DNA from: Eledone cirrhosa
Lineage: Eukaryota
NCBI GenBank assembly: GCA_964016885.1
Contig: OZ024749.1
Location: forward strand, 40,610,001 to 40,674,000
Length of the DNA: 64,000 nucleotides
Reading direction: 5' to 3'
The position numbers and the translations under genes are program-made. The notes below the pieces were generated by a model. That model was not told where the DNA came from and did no database searches. It saw only the letters and a program-made list of their open reading frames with translations. Below are positions 1 to 18,328 of this stretch, piece by piece. Each line of letters begins with the position of its first letter. The first letter of the stretch is position 1.

Positions 1-794
1 ATGTTCTTATTGTAACACATATGATGTGATAATGTCCTTTTTAAGTGTTAATGTTGTTATTCTAATTAAGCGGCCGTGATAATCTCCTTTTATAAATAAT
101 AATTGTTTCTACTTTTGTCAGAAGGCCATCAATTACCCCAGTGCATTACTGGTACTTTATTTTATCGATCCCGTAAGGATGACAGGCAAATTTAAAAGTA
201 GTGTCAATATGTTCTTTTTAAGTAATGTAGGGATATAGTCTGGTGCAGTGGTGGTGTATATTGTGGTGTAGTAGAGGTGTAGTAGCAGAGGTATATCGTA
301 GTGGTGGTATGTATTAGCGGTGTAGTGTAGTGGTGTAGTGGTGTAGTAGCGGTGGTATATAGTAGTGGTGGTATATAGTAGCTGTGGTACATAGCAGCAG
401 TGGTATATAGTAGTGGTGGTGTATATTGTGGTGTAGTGGAGATGTAGTAGCAGTGGTATATAGTAGTGGTGGCATATAGTAGCTGTGGTACATAGCAGCA
501 GTGGTATATAGTAGTGGTGGTGTATATTGTGGTGTAGTTGCAGTGGTATATCGTAGTGGTGTAGTGTGTGGTGTAGTAGCGGTGGTATATAGTAGTGGTG
601 GTATATAGTAAAGGTGGTATATAGTAGTGGTGGTATATAGTAGTGGTGGTATAAAGTGGAGGTGGTATATAGTAAAGGTGGTATATAGTAGTAGAGAAAT
701 TATACAGTAAGGAAGGTATATTGAAGAGATGTATATAGTAGTAGATGTATATAATAGGGAAGCTACATAGAAGTTTCCTGTCACAATCACTCAC

Positions 795-968
795 CTTCAA
801 CAAATTCTTTAGTTGAATTTTTCTCATCTTCAGTTTTTGAAGTCTTACATGAAGTCTTGTGATCTTTCCAGTCAGCTCTTTGACAGTCTTTGGAACAATA
901 TTTTACCTTCTTACAGCCAAAACATTTCTTCAACTCTGGACTTGGTGCTTTACATTTAGCGCAGCGTT
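795..968 (-). CDS. Internal MYND zinc-finger exon, copy 2 (174 nt, phase 1-1)
   Basis: Same splice sites as copy 1. Translates (E)RCAKCKAPSPELKKCFGCKKVKYCSKDCQRADWKDHKTSC..., differing from copy 1 by CGC/TGC (R/C). Confidence 0.85.
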
Positions 969-1248
969 CTGTTCAGAAGATGAACAAAAAAGAAAAAAAA
1001 GAAAAACAGGAATATTAAAACCACCTTTGACACATATGATGTGATAATGTCCTTTTTAAGTGTTAATGTTCTTATTGTAAGTTAAGGGGTGTAATAATGT
1101 CCTTTTTCAATGTTAATGCTGTTATTGTAAATTAAGGGGTGTGATAATGTCCTTTTTAAGCGTTAATGTTCTTATTGTAAGTTAAGGGGTGTGATAATGT
1201 CCTTTTTCAGTGTTAATGTTGTTATTGTAACACATATGATGTGATAAT

Positions 1249-1437
1249 TGTTTCTACTTTTGGCACAAGGCCAGCAATTACCCAGTGTATTACTGGTACT
1301 TTATTTTATCGACCCCGTAAGGATGAAAGGCAAAGTTAACCTCGGCGGGATTTGAACTCAGAATGACAAGGGCCGTAACTCTATGCGTCAAAGCATGGCG
1401 TCCGACCCTCTACCGATACTGCCAATCCATCGCCCTA
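1249..1437 (-). mobile_element. tRNA-derived SINE (dominant young family)
   Basis: Reverse strand has A box TGGCAGTATCGG, B box GAGTTCAAATCC, central GCCTTTCATCCTTACGGGGTCGATAAAATAAAGTACC and an ATT-type tail. Many near-identical copies occur in the window. Confidence 0.9.
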
Positions 1438-2175
1438 ACATATGATGTGATAATGTCCTTTTTAAGTGTTAATGTTCTTATTGTAACACATATGATGTGA
1501 TAATGTCCTTTTTAAGTGTTAATGTTGTTATTCTAATTAAGCGGCCGTGATAATCTCCTTTTATAAATAATAATTGTTTCTACTTTTGTCAGAAGGCCAT
1601 CAATTACCCCAGTGCATTACTGGTACTTTATTTTATCGATCCCGTAAGGATGACAGGCAAATTTAAAAGTAGTGTCAATATGTTCTTTTTAAGTAATGTA
1701 GGGATATAGTCTGGTGCAGTGGTGGTGTATATTGTGGTGTAGTAGAGGTGTAGTAGCAGAGGTATATCGTAGTGGTGGTATGTATTAGCGGTGTAGTGTA
1801 GTGGTGTAGTGGTGTAGTAGCGGTGGTATATAGTAGTGGTGGTATATAGTAGCTGTGGTACATAGCAGCAGTGGTATATAGTAGTGGTGGTGTATATTGT
1901 GGTGTAGTGGAGGTGTAGTTGCAGTGGTATATAGTAGCGGTGTAGTGTGTGGTGTAGTAGCGGTGATATATAGTAGTGGTTGTATATAGTAGCGGTGGTA
2001 TATAGTAGTGGTGGTATATAGTAGTGGTGGTATAAAGTGGAGGTGGTATATAGTAAAGGTGGTATATAGTAGTAGAGAAATTATACAGTAAGGAAGGTAT
2101 ATTGAAGAGATGTATATAGTAGTAGATGTATATAATAGGGAAGCTACATAGAAGTTTCCTGTCACAATCACTCAC

Positions 2176-2349
2176 CTTCAACAAATTCTTTAGTTGAATT
2201 TTTCTCATCTTCAGTTTTTGAAGTCTTACATGAAGTCTTGTGATCTTTCCAGTCAGCTCTTTGACAGTCTTTGGAACAATATTTTACCTTCTTACAGCCA
2301 AAACATTTCTTCAACTCTGGACTTGGTGCTTTACATTTAGCGCAGCATT
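2176..2349 (-). CDS. Internal MYND zinc-finger exon, copy 1 (174 nt, phase 1-1)
   Basis: Acceptor ttcatcttctgaacag| and donor GAAG|GTGAGT. Translates (E)CCAKCKAPSPELKKCFGCKKVKYCSKDCQRADWKDHKTSCKTSKTEDEKNSTKEFVE, a canonical zf-MYND. Not in the ORF track. Confidence 0.85.
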
Positions 2350-2431
2350 CTGTTCAGAAGATGAAAATAAACAAATACATGAAACAATCATCATTTTACA
2401 TCCATACACATGAACCTCAAACACACATACA

Positions 2432-2472
<41 letters not shown>

Positions 2473-2887
2473 CGGTGATGAATTAGTTTTGCGAGGTTTT
2501 TTATATGAAATCGTGTGTCGAAACAGATATTGTTATATAAATATAAATAAAATAAGATAAACAAACAAGCAAATAAATAAATATATAGACAGACTGAACA
2601 AAAAAAATGGCGTAGACATACAACACAACAGGAGGAACAATGAATATAACACCACTGACGATGTTGCAGATGTGCAACGAAAGATTTATGTAAATTATGT
2701 AAACTATATATATGTGTTTGTGTCTATATTGTATCTGTATTATTTTTGACCGCCGGTCAGTCAATGGCAACATTGAGGACCGAGTAAGTTAGATCACAGA
2801 TATAAAAGACAGCGAGAAGCGAAAACCAACCAAACAGTGAGTGTGTTCTGTTATTAATTCTGGCAATATTACGCAAATATGACCCTC

Positions 2888-2947
<60 letters not shown>

Positions 2948-3265
2948 TTGTATGGGTTGGACAGGTGCTTCTCAGCGCAACATCTCTCCAGCTGTTGCAA
3001 CCCTTTGGTATTGCATCTGTGAGTCTCGGTGATTTGATAAATGTATATGTATATAGTTATATATATATACTTAGAAAGAGAGGAGAGGAGAGGAAAGAAA
3101 AAAGAAAGAGTGAGTGGAGGGCAGGAAGAAGAAGATTATGAAATATCAGACATAAGTTAAAGACTGGAGGTATGGCAGAAAGGATGTTACTAACATGGAA
3201 GCACTAGTCAGAAAAATCAGAATGTAGTAGAGGTTAAGCCCATATAACAACATTTCATTTATATA

Positions 3266-3589
3266 CAGTGGAGCTCCAGTTCACAAATTTAATTCATTCC
3301 TGAAGGCTGTTCGTCATCCGAAATGTTCGTAAGCCACAACTACCGTCCCACCCTCCACCCCTTTACAAAATGTTGAGAGAAAAATACAGTTGGCGAGAGA
3401 CTGTGTGTAAAAGAGAGATAGATATCACGATAGTAACTAACTACACAGCAAGTGATGCTCTCCCATCGATACTCCAAGCTTGTTTCCAACCATTGTTGCC
3501 AGCTTGTGTTCATTACTTGAGACACTGTTCATCAACTGAGACGTTTTATGTTCAGAAAAATTTGTTATTCGTGAACTGAGGTTCCACTG
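3266..3589. mobile_element. Tc1/mariner (pogo/Tigger-like) MITE
   Basis: Imperfect TIRs CAGTGGAGCTCCAGTTCACAAAT and ATTCGTGAACTGAGGTTCCACTG, flanked by TA at 3264-65 and 3590-91. Confidence 0.8.
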
Positions 3590-3621
3590 TATTGTATAAA
3601 ATAATTGTAGGCCTGTACTAC

Positions 3622-4024
3622 CTTGTCCAAATAAATTACATGCAATTTTATGAAGCGGCTGGTCTAACAGCATACATTCCCTAGAACAGTAACTATACTG
3701 GCATTCTGGGCAATATACAGGCTCTGATTTGAAACCATTGCAAATGCAACATAAGTATGGATGATCTATAAGACCACAACTTGTTCTGTCTGCGACCAGA
3801 TAATCATTAAAAGAGTAAAGATAATTTAGTGGGTTCCATTGAGGTATCTCTTCATCTGTAAAATAATTATTATAGTCATGTGCACCAGTTGAATTGTCAC
3901 AATGTTTGTTGTTTTTCTTGCGATTTCTTTGTTTTTGCTCTTTGTTAAGGGCAGCACTTTCTCCCTGAAGAGTGTCCGTATTAGCAGTAGCTCCATTTGT
4001 TTCACGGTTATCCGAGTCTTCCAT
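3622..4024 (-). CDS. First coding exon of a MYND zinc-finger gene (finger 1)
   Basis: ATG at 4024. Encodes CCICNGFKSEPVYCPECQYSYCSRECMLLDQPLHKIAC, which has MYND-type Cys/His spacing. Candidate phase-1 donor CAAG|GTAGTA after 3622 (403 nt) matches the phase of the downstream exons. The rest of ORF 3437..4024 reads into a MITE. Confidence 0.7.
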
Positions 4025-4734
4025 TTGACAAACTTCAGAACAGTAAGATCCAACTTAGCCACAATTCAGACAGCAATTCTTGATAGTGGGTATGTTTGTT
4101 CTTTTTCTGTTTTTTTTTTAATTAAATCAATGGAGTTGTACACTCTGAGGAGAATTGTGGCCCACTGCAATAGAAATAGAAAATGATTATAGAGTAATGG
4201 AAAATATCAATGAATGGGAATTTTGTGTGTGTGTGGGGGGGGGGGGGTTATAGAAAGACACCAACCACTGATTTCAGTGGGACAATTTTTCCCCCCACTT
4301 TTTTTTTTTTTCGCTCCCAACTATAGAGTCACTCCATGGTTCAGTTGTGACATTCTCCCAAGACTGTACACGGTAGTGCATACATACTACGTAGAAGAGA
4401 AAGCTGGGACGAGGCTGAAAAGACGTAAAAGCATGATAGTATGAAATCGACTTTAAAAAATTTTTTTTTTTTTTTATGGTGAACAGGAGGTAATCCGTAT
4501 GAATAAAAGTTGAATCATGTCCATCCGTGTGTAAGTCCGATTGTGAGATGAATGAGTTAAAACAAAGGATGGTGAAAAGTCTACCTACTGTGTGTGTGTG
4601 TGTGTGTGAATTATGAGTGTGTAAAAGAGACTAAGGGGGTAAAAACTATGCTCTCTGCGAGTGTATGTGACCTGAAGTAATCTTGTAATGAGGCTTGCAG
4701 AATGGTGAGTCCGACATTCTGGACGCTGCTGCCT

Positions 4735-4985
4735 TGTAGAAGTCCCAAAAGAAGCTGTGACACTTTCGTCCCCATCATTCAGCAGGGATTTTGCCAGGCA
4801 GCCGCATCATCTCCGATGGTTGGGCTTCCTATTCGGAAATTGAGGAAATTGAAGGGGGGATTTACGTTCATGATGTTGTGGTGCACGAACAGAACTTTGT
4901 AGATCCTGCGGGACCCTGATGTGCACACACAGCTCATAGAGAACACATGGGGTCGTGCAAAGAAGAAGCTTCGTCGCCAGCATGT
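4735..4985 (+). pseudogene. Merlin / ISXO2-like (IS1595-family) DDE transposase fragment, frameshifted
   Basis: Across frames: VPIIQQ/ILPGSRIISDGWASYSEIEEIEGGIYVHDVVVHEQNFVDP/DPDVHTQLIENTWGRAKKKLRRQH. This matches the Merlin signature ILPGxxIxSDxWxxY...H...NFVDP...HTQxIExxW. Confidence 0.85.
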
Positions 4986-5124
4986 TTCGTTTAAACACAC
5001 AAAATGTAAACACGACGTTCGAAAATGAAAATAAATTTACTTTAATTATTGCGACCGCTAAAAGTCATGTATGCCATATATATATATATATATATAGTTA
5101 TGTAATAAACAACATAGGACACTT

Positions 5125-5198
5125 ATTCCATTTACCAAAGGTTTCACGAAGACAGACGAGCTCGACACAGACGTCTGAAATCCTTCATCAGAATGAAT
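5125..5198 (-). ncRNA. Type I hammerhead ribozyme motif (canonical core)
   Basis: Minus strand reads AUUCAUU-CUGAUGA-aggauuucagacg...cgucugucuucgu-GAAA-CC uuu GG-UA^-AAUGGAAU. Core at 5185-5191, GAAA at 5142-5145, GUA at 5133-5135. Confidence 0.8.
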
Positions 5199-5642
5199 TT
5201 TATTTGAAGAGGAAGTGAGATATGGACGTAATGAGATGGGGAAAATAATAAATATATATGTATATATATATATATAAATAAATATACACATACATATATA
5301 TAAGCATCTACCTAACCATATACTTATACTTACACACATACACATAAACATACGTACATGTACACACGCACATATATACATATATACATACACACGTACA
5401 TAAACAGACACACGCGCATGTGTCAATGGGTGTCAGTTAGGCCTCATATGCGATTGAGGCCAAACTGACACGTTTGTGAATAAAGGATGGTGAAAAGTCT
5501 ACCTACTGTGTGTGTGTGAATTATGAGTGTGTAAAAGAGACTAGGGGGGGGGGGGGTAAAAACTATGCTCTCTGCGAGTGTATGTGACCTGAAAGGAGAA
5601 TGAACTGGATATGTCGAATAAGTCTAAAAAAAAAGATTATAG

Positions 5643-5829
5643 TTGGCAATATCGGTAAAGGGTTGGACGCCATGCTTTGCAGCATGGAGTTACGGGCCTT
5701 TACGATCTGAGTTCAAATCACGCTGAGGTTAACTTTGCCTTTCATCCTTACGGGGTCGATAAAATAAAGTACCAGTAATGCACTGGGGGATAATTGCTGG
5801 CCTTGTGCCAAAAGAAGAAACAATTATTA
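5643..5829 (+). mobile_element. tRNA-derived SINE with 3' end repeated twice downstream
   Basis: Same family as 1249-1437. ccttgtgccaaaagaagaaacaattattagctgtttgt recurs three times up to ~5925. Confidence 0.85.
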
Positions 5830-6290
5830 GCTGTTTGTACTGACCTTGTGCCAAAAGAAGAAACAATTATTAGCTGTTTGTGCTGGCCTTGTGCCAAAAG
5901 AAGAAACAATTATTAGCTGTTTGTACTGACCGTTGTAGAAGGGAAGACTTTGTTTTCAATTTGACTGCAATTTTCAGTTTACATCTATATACAGAGAGAA
6001 AACATCTATGTTCACTTTTGCTACATTTTAGCCAATTATATATTTTACTGAAACTACTGTGGGGCGTTTGTATGTATGTTAGATTGTGAGTGCGCATGTG
6101 TGTGTGTGAAAGTGAAAGAGATTTCCTTGAAATGTGAAAGTGATTCTTGTAATTCTTGTAAACTGATAGTTGAGCTCTTACCGTTTCTGATTCATTGGGG
6201 GTATGGTTGTGTGTAGATACCTGGCTTAGTGAGTGTTTATATGCATGTGTGCGCCAATGGGTGCATCAGCATGTAGTTTTGTATGTATAT

Positions 6291-6333
<43 letters not shown>

Positions 6334-6357
6334 TGTAATAAACCACATAGGACACTT

Positions 6358-6431
6358 ATTCCCTTTACCAAAGGTTTCACGAAGATAGACGGGCTCAATA
6401 CAGACGTCTGAAATCGTTCATCAGAATTAAT
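6358..6431 (-). ncRNA. Type I hammerhead ribozyme motif, second copy
   Basis: CUGAUGA (6418-6424), stem II base ACGA/UCGU, GAAA-CC uuu GG-UA. Stem I is weaker than in the first copy. Confidence 0.7.
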
Positions 6432-6791
6432 TTTATTTGAAGAGGAAGTGAGATATGGATTTCAAAACAAATCCTATAACAATTGAAAGCGAGGCTGATA
6501 TAACGGACGTAATGTAATAGGGAAAATAATAAATATATATGTATATATATAAATATACACATACATATATAAGCATCTACCTACCCATATAATTATACTT
6601 ACACACATACACATAAACATACGTACATGTACACACACACACACATATACATACATACATACATACATACACACGTACATAAATAGACACACGCGCATAC
6701 ATACGTGTCAATTGGTGTCAGTTTGGCCTCATATACGATTGAGGCCAAACTGACACCCACTGTGAAGAACCAACCAGCCTGGAGTGAACGA

Positions 6792-7057
6792 TATGTGGGT
6801 ATGACACAAGATAAATTTAAAATCAGATACTATGCACATGTCGCTTCCTTCAAACACCCAGACAAAAGCGGCGCAGGCTAATAAAGTGTGGGAGTTAAAA
6901 GAACGCAAGATTCTATACTCGATTGATTGGTCCATTTTAGACTACTCAAAAGAATACCAGAAAGGCACAAAGAAATGTTCTTTGTGTATAACTGAAAAGT
7001 ACAGAATACTGCAAAATCTGAAAACTCCTACTACTTACCTCAATTCTGAAACACTTC
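6792..7057 (+). mobile_element. Penelope-like element GIY-YIG endonuclease fragment (disrupted)
   Basis: YVGMTQDKFKIRYYAHVASFKHPDK / KVWELKERKILYSIDWSILDYSKEYQKGTKKCSLCITEKYRIL...YLNS resembles the Penelope EN C-terminus (YIG..T...FK.RY..H..SF; CxLCxxEK..I; LN). Confidence 0.85.
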
Positions 7058-7059
7058 TT

Positions 7060-7750
7060 CAGAAGAACGCTAGTGAAGGTAGGAATCTCGCAGTCAGTAG
7101 CCCGACTACCCCAAACATCTCGAACACCACAGGCTGGAAAATGTAGTTGACCGACAGATCATGGTATTTTAGGATTTTGTTCCGTTCGGCTGCGGAAGCT
7201 GTGACTCTCACCCTTAACCGCAGCATCCAGGATGTGGGAAGAAGCAAAAGAGTCACTAACTGTGTCGACCCAGACAAGGAATCTGCCTCTCGACTTGGGT
7301 CACAGGGTAAGGCCGTCAGGTCTTTTCCCACCACTTCTGGACAACCCAGATGGTTCCAACATTGAAGGCCAAAGCTCTCTTGAGAATAAGGTTAAGCTCC
7401 GTGTGACACGCAAAGTAACCGGCATTCAGGCGGCAAGAAAGACAGTGGAGTCGAGGAGTTTGCCGCATCGACACCTCAAATCCCTACAGATGTCAAGCTC
7501 CCACTTTGAGGGCAATGGAGACACGAAGTTTGTTCAAGCTGAGTAAGCCACCAACGTTAGCCACGGTAGGGCATCTACCCAGTCACCTGAGTATTTGGCG
7601 CTGGCAGACAGTAAGCAGCATCTTCAAAACTGATCCGACTGGTCGAAGAGGGAGTCAAAAGTGACCCTCAAATGTATGCTGTCCCAATCTCTGACTTTGA
7701 CTATCCTCCACCTTTTCAGGAACAGACAAGGCCTACTCACTCCATTGTCG
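7060..7750 (-). mobile_element. CRE-clade non-LTR retrotransposon remnant (restriction-like endonuclease region)
   Basis: Frameshifted minus-strand peptides LHCLSCRLNAGYFACHTELNLILKRALA, RGRFLVWVDTVSDSFASSHI and AERNKILKYHDLSVNYIFQPVVFEMFGVVG. Confidence 0.7.
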
Positions 7751-8014
7751 GAGAGCTTCATCTAACTCCCTTCTGTCTTGTTTTCATTGTTATATACACA
7801 TACACATATATATGACTATGTAACTTGGGCGGATTCTTCTTCGACGAAACCGTAAGCGGTGGTCGCCTATTACAAAAACTACTGGTCACACCGCCTAATC
7901 TCGTTGTAACCATCTTTCCAAGAACACATGAGTTCTAATAACGTTATAATCTCAATCATATTGGTTTAAATACTATTTTTGCATCTATATTGTTCATAGT
8001 ATGCTGAGACTATA

Positions 8015-8108
8015 CCCCTGATGAGCATCCTTAGTCTCCTGTAGTTTAATCATAATCGATAGTTTGTGATCAATTACAGTTTACTGAATACGAAATAGCG
8101 CTATAGGG
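8015..8108 (+). ncRNA. Type I hammerhead ribozyme motif (partly decayed) in a Penelope-type terminal repeat
   Basis: CCC-CUGAUGA(8018-8024)-gcauccuuagu...acugaauac-GAAA(8092-8095)-UAGCGCUA palindromic stem III-UA^-GGG. Confidence 0.65.
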
Positions 8109-8486
8109 AACTCTACTGATTCCATCTAAAGTACATATTCCTCTCTGAAATATGTACTTAGTATATATACAATAGATTGTGTATTCTCCATGATATATGG
8201 TCCTTTTTCTCTCTATATATACAGATATATCTTTTACATTTCAATTATTATGGCTCTGGATAAAGTCTATTGGGTGTGCTTATTGAGAAGCACAACATAT
8301 TTGATATGTTTTGATTCCTCACATTAGTATATATATGCATATGTAAATCAGAATGGAGGTGGTAGAAACCAGTTAGATCATTAGTCACCAGAGTATTCGA
8401 TACTAGGGGTAGTAGCGTGGGTAATATGAAAAATTTGGGACCCCGACGGCTGAGCTCCGGCCATTTCAACAGCTAGATCCGAACTC

Positions 8487-8552
<66 letters not shown>

Positions 8553-8712
8553 TTCAAGAGTAACCAATCTTAAAGAGAGAGATGGAGATAGTAGAGGAGA
8601 TATGAGAGGAGAGATTGGTGAGTTAGTTAGAAGCCAAAGCGTAAAGGCATGTGCTCAAGAAAGCAGCTAGGTGGCTGGGTTCATGCAGAAGTTAGGTGCG
8701 CAGAGCTGGAAA

Positions 8713-9485
8713 TATTTTAGTTTGATGTAAGGAATGTAGAGAATAATAATAATAATAATATTAATAATAATAATGTCCGTTTACAATTGTTTCGCTACTC
8801 CATATAATATTTCTGGATCAGATGACTATATATCATAATTGATCTGGTTCAGTTGAAAATAATTAACATATTTAAAAAACAGAGTGGCTCATCGGAACTC
8901 AAAGGAATATAAATTAAAATAATGGGATAATGTTACATAATATAATTGTTTCTACTTTTGGCACAAGGCCAGCAATTACCCAGTTCATTACTGGTACTTT
9001 ATTTTATCGACCCTGTAGGGATAAAAGGCAAAGTTAACCTCAACGGGATTTGAACTCAGACCGTAAAGGGACATAACTATGCTGGAACGCATGTTACATA
9101 ATATAATTGTTTCTACTTTTGGCACAAGGCCATCAATTACCCAGTATGGGTAACAACCAATATATGGAACATTATATTATGTAACATTATCCCATTATTT
9201 TAATTTATATTCCTTTGAGTTCCGATGAGCCACTCTGTTTCTTGAATATGTTAATTATTTTCAACTGAACCAGATCAATTATGATATATAGTCATCTGAT
9301 CCAGAAATATTATATGGAGTAGCGAAACAATTGTAAACGGACATTATTATTATTAATATTATCGGGGTCGATAAAATAAAGTACCAGTAATGCACTTGGT
9401 AATTGCTGGCCTTGTGCCAAACGTAGAAACAATTATTATTAATATTATTATTATTCTCTACATTCCTTACATCAAACTAAAATAT
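8713..9485. repeat. Long inverted repeat with a hammerhead in each arm, interrupted by SINE fragments
   Basis: Arms 8760..8946 and 9171..9357 (187 bp, near-perfect). Outer arms ~8713-8760 and ~9440-9485 resume after a SINE piece at ~9361-9432. Confidence 0.9.
9219..9338 (+). ncRNA. Type I hammerhead motif with CCGAUGA variant core (mirror copy 8779..8898, minus)
   Basis: GUU-CCGAUGA(9222-9228)-GCCACUC...GAGUAGC-GAAA(9324-9327)-CAAUUG-UA^-AAC. Stem III is the palindrome ACAAUUGU. Confidence 0.7.
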
Positions 9486-9564
9486 GTTGACAATCTTTTA
9501 ATAATGTCTTCCTTGTGAAGTTTGTGGTCTTGTTTTGCTTAACTAATGAATATATATATATATA

Positions 9565-9960
9565 GTCACCGTTGAGATCTCAGGCGTATTCAGACCCAGT
9601 ACAATTGAGGTCCTCTGCAAGATCGGAACGTCAACGGCCCCTCTGTAGGAGCCCCACGAGGTTGGGTGGCTGTTGCAGCGGGTGTCGCTGTCCATTGTCC
9701 GCGGGAATGCTTTTGCAGCCTTGTCCGCGGGCCGCAGCCCCATTACTGCCGCGCCTTAGACCCAGAGCACATCACCCTCCCCATTCTTCTGTGACACGAG
9801 AGCCCCCCGACCTTTCCCTTCTTTTTCTGTTTATTATATTTTCTTATTTTACATTCCATTCTTACTTCTCAATCTATTTTTTTCTTTTTCTATTAAATTG
9901 TTTTTACAGTTATAAACATCAATTTACTACTGTAAATAAACACAATATCTCTCTATAAAT
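9565..9960 (+). mobile_element. CRE-clade retrotransposon 3' end, 5'-truncated, between (TA)n tracts
   Basis: VTVEISGVFRPSTIEVLCKIG...EPHEVGWLLQRVSLSIVRGNAFAALSA resembles the CRE C-terminal 'QRISVAIQRGNA' motif. It is followed by a U-rich 3' UTR. Confidence 0.7.
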
Positions 9961-9961
9961 A

Positions 9962-10010
<49 letters not shown>

Positions 10011-10619
10011 GAACAACACAAAATATAACTACTCCATTATCAAAGATTGCTGGATCACAGACGATAATATATACGCCTGGATCGGTCGTCAGATAGAGAT
10101 GTTAAATTCCTATTATACACACACACACACACACACATATATATAATAGGAATTTAGATCGGTATTCGATAATTTCGAAATAGTTGCATCACAACTGCTC
10201 AGTGAAGACAGATGTAAAAAAAAACCTTTATAAGAGCGAACTCTTAAACGTTAATGTTATGGAAACAACAATACCCGAAAATCTTATAACATAAAACCAG
10301 GGGGAAAAACAGATATAGCAAGTATTTTAACAATTTAACAGATGAACATTATCTTAGTTACATTAGTAAATAGCTTATATATATACATATATGCGTGTTC
10401 GAGAGAGTATAAGCCACAAAGTGTTTAAGTTTGAAAAAAAAAACCCTTCCCATTTCATCAGAAAAACAATGAACAGTGGAGTGGGTGAGGATTGATTGTC
10501 GGAAGTAAAATAGGTAATATGAACATATATAGTGTGTAGCTCTCCTGTGATCATTGTATAACAGTAACGAGAATTATTTCCCCTTTTAATTCAAAGTACC
10601 ATTCAGCTAAAGAAAAGCA

Positions 10620-10783
10620 ATGGCTTCGTTTGGTCGAATGTCTATAGCTGTTCTGTTCATTGGGCTTTGTGTACTCACATGGAGAGATTTAACATCCACT
10701 CAATCGGAGCCAACTTCACAGAAAGATATCAAGTCATTAAAACTGAGTAAATTTGCTGGTCCAACCCTCAAGTTTATGTTCTG
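10620..10783 (+). CDS. SELENOT: Selenoprotein T, coding exon 1 (signal peptide)
   Basis: ATG at 10620. MASFGRMSIAVLFIGLCVLTWRDL...KFAGPTLKFMF plus TG|GTAAGT. The GPTLKF motif precedes the CxxU of SelT. Confidence 0.92.
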
Positions 10784-11479
10784 GTAAGTAATTTTCTGGG
10801 AGTTAAATGAAACAAGTCTTCCTTTACAAGGCAAAAAAAAATGTTAATTTCTTTATATGATTTCAGTGCTACCAGCTCCAAGGAGGCTGAAGTTATCTTA
10901 ATAATTACAGACATTGAAATTATGTTGTCAGCTATTCATTGTGCCACTTAGGTGGTACATGTAAGTCCGGGGGGCAAGGAATAGTCCTATATTTTATTTA
11001 CTGCTCTCGCTAACAGGAAAACGATATAATAAGCAGTGTATTTTTTGTAAATGTCACAAATATATAAGAGTAATTATATGTAGACTAACTACTTTTACCG
11101 TGTTTCTTGGTTCCGTTCTCTATGTAATATGTCAGTGATTTATATATATATATATATGTATATATAGATATATATATAATAGTAGATAATTTTCCGAAGG
11201 GGATCGGAAAGTGACCAATACATTGGAAGAGTATATACATTTTTATTTTATATAGAAATGACTCCCACAGGACTAGAATGGTTTAACTCGTATAAATGAT
11301 TTCATACAAATGAAATCATGATATATATATATATTATATATATATATATATATAATGAGAGAGATATTAATGAATTTGATTTTTAAAACCTTGGTTTTCT
11401 ACAATTTATATATATATGTATACACACACACACACAAACACACACACTCCAGTTATTGTAACTTCATTTATTGTTCTCT

Positions 11480-18328
<6,849 letters not shown>

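Larger units (their letters stand above)
1..2363. repeat. Recent tandem duplication, unit about 1.4-1.5 kb, containing the MYND exon
   Basis: 1..~984 is nearly identical to 1472..~2363. The offset is 1471 at the left and 1381 at the right because the GTA/GTG-rich minisatellite (~230-760 vs ~1700-2140) differs by 90 nt. Confidence 0.95.
5097..6757. repeat. Diverged direct repeat pair (5097..5471 and 6329..6757), each with a hammerhead and a terminal hairpin
   Basis: Colinear similarity by eye. Hairpins at 5430-5471 and 6714-6757. Confidence 0.85.

Noticed and set aside
204-827. T/Y/H/P-rich ORFs (also 1675-2208)
   Set aside because: They read through a GTA/GTG minisatellite in an intron. The real exon overlaps only their start, in another frame.
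3437-3621. C-terminal 60 aa of the 195-aa ORF as a single-exon gene
   Set aside because: Most of it is MITE sequence (3266-3589), and a phase-compatible donor exists at 3622/3621.
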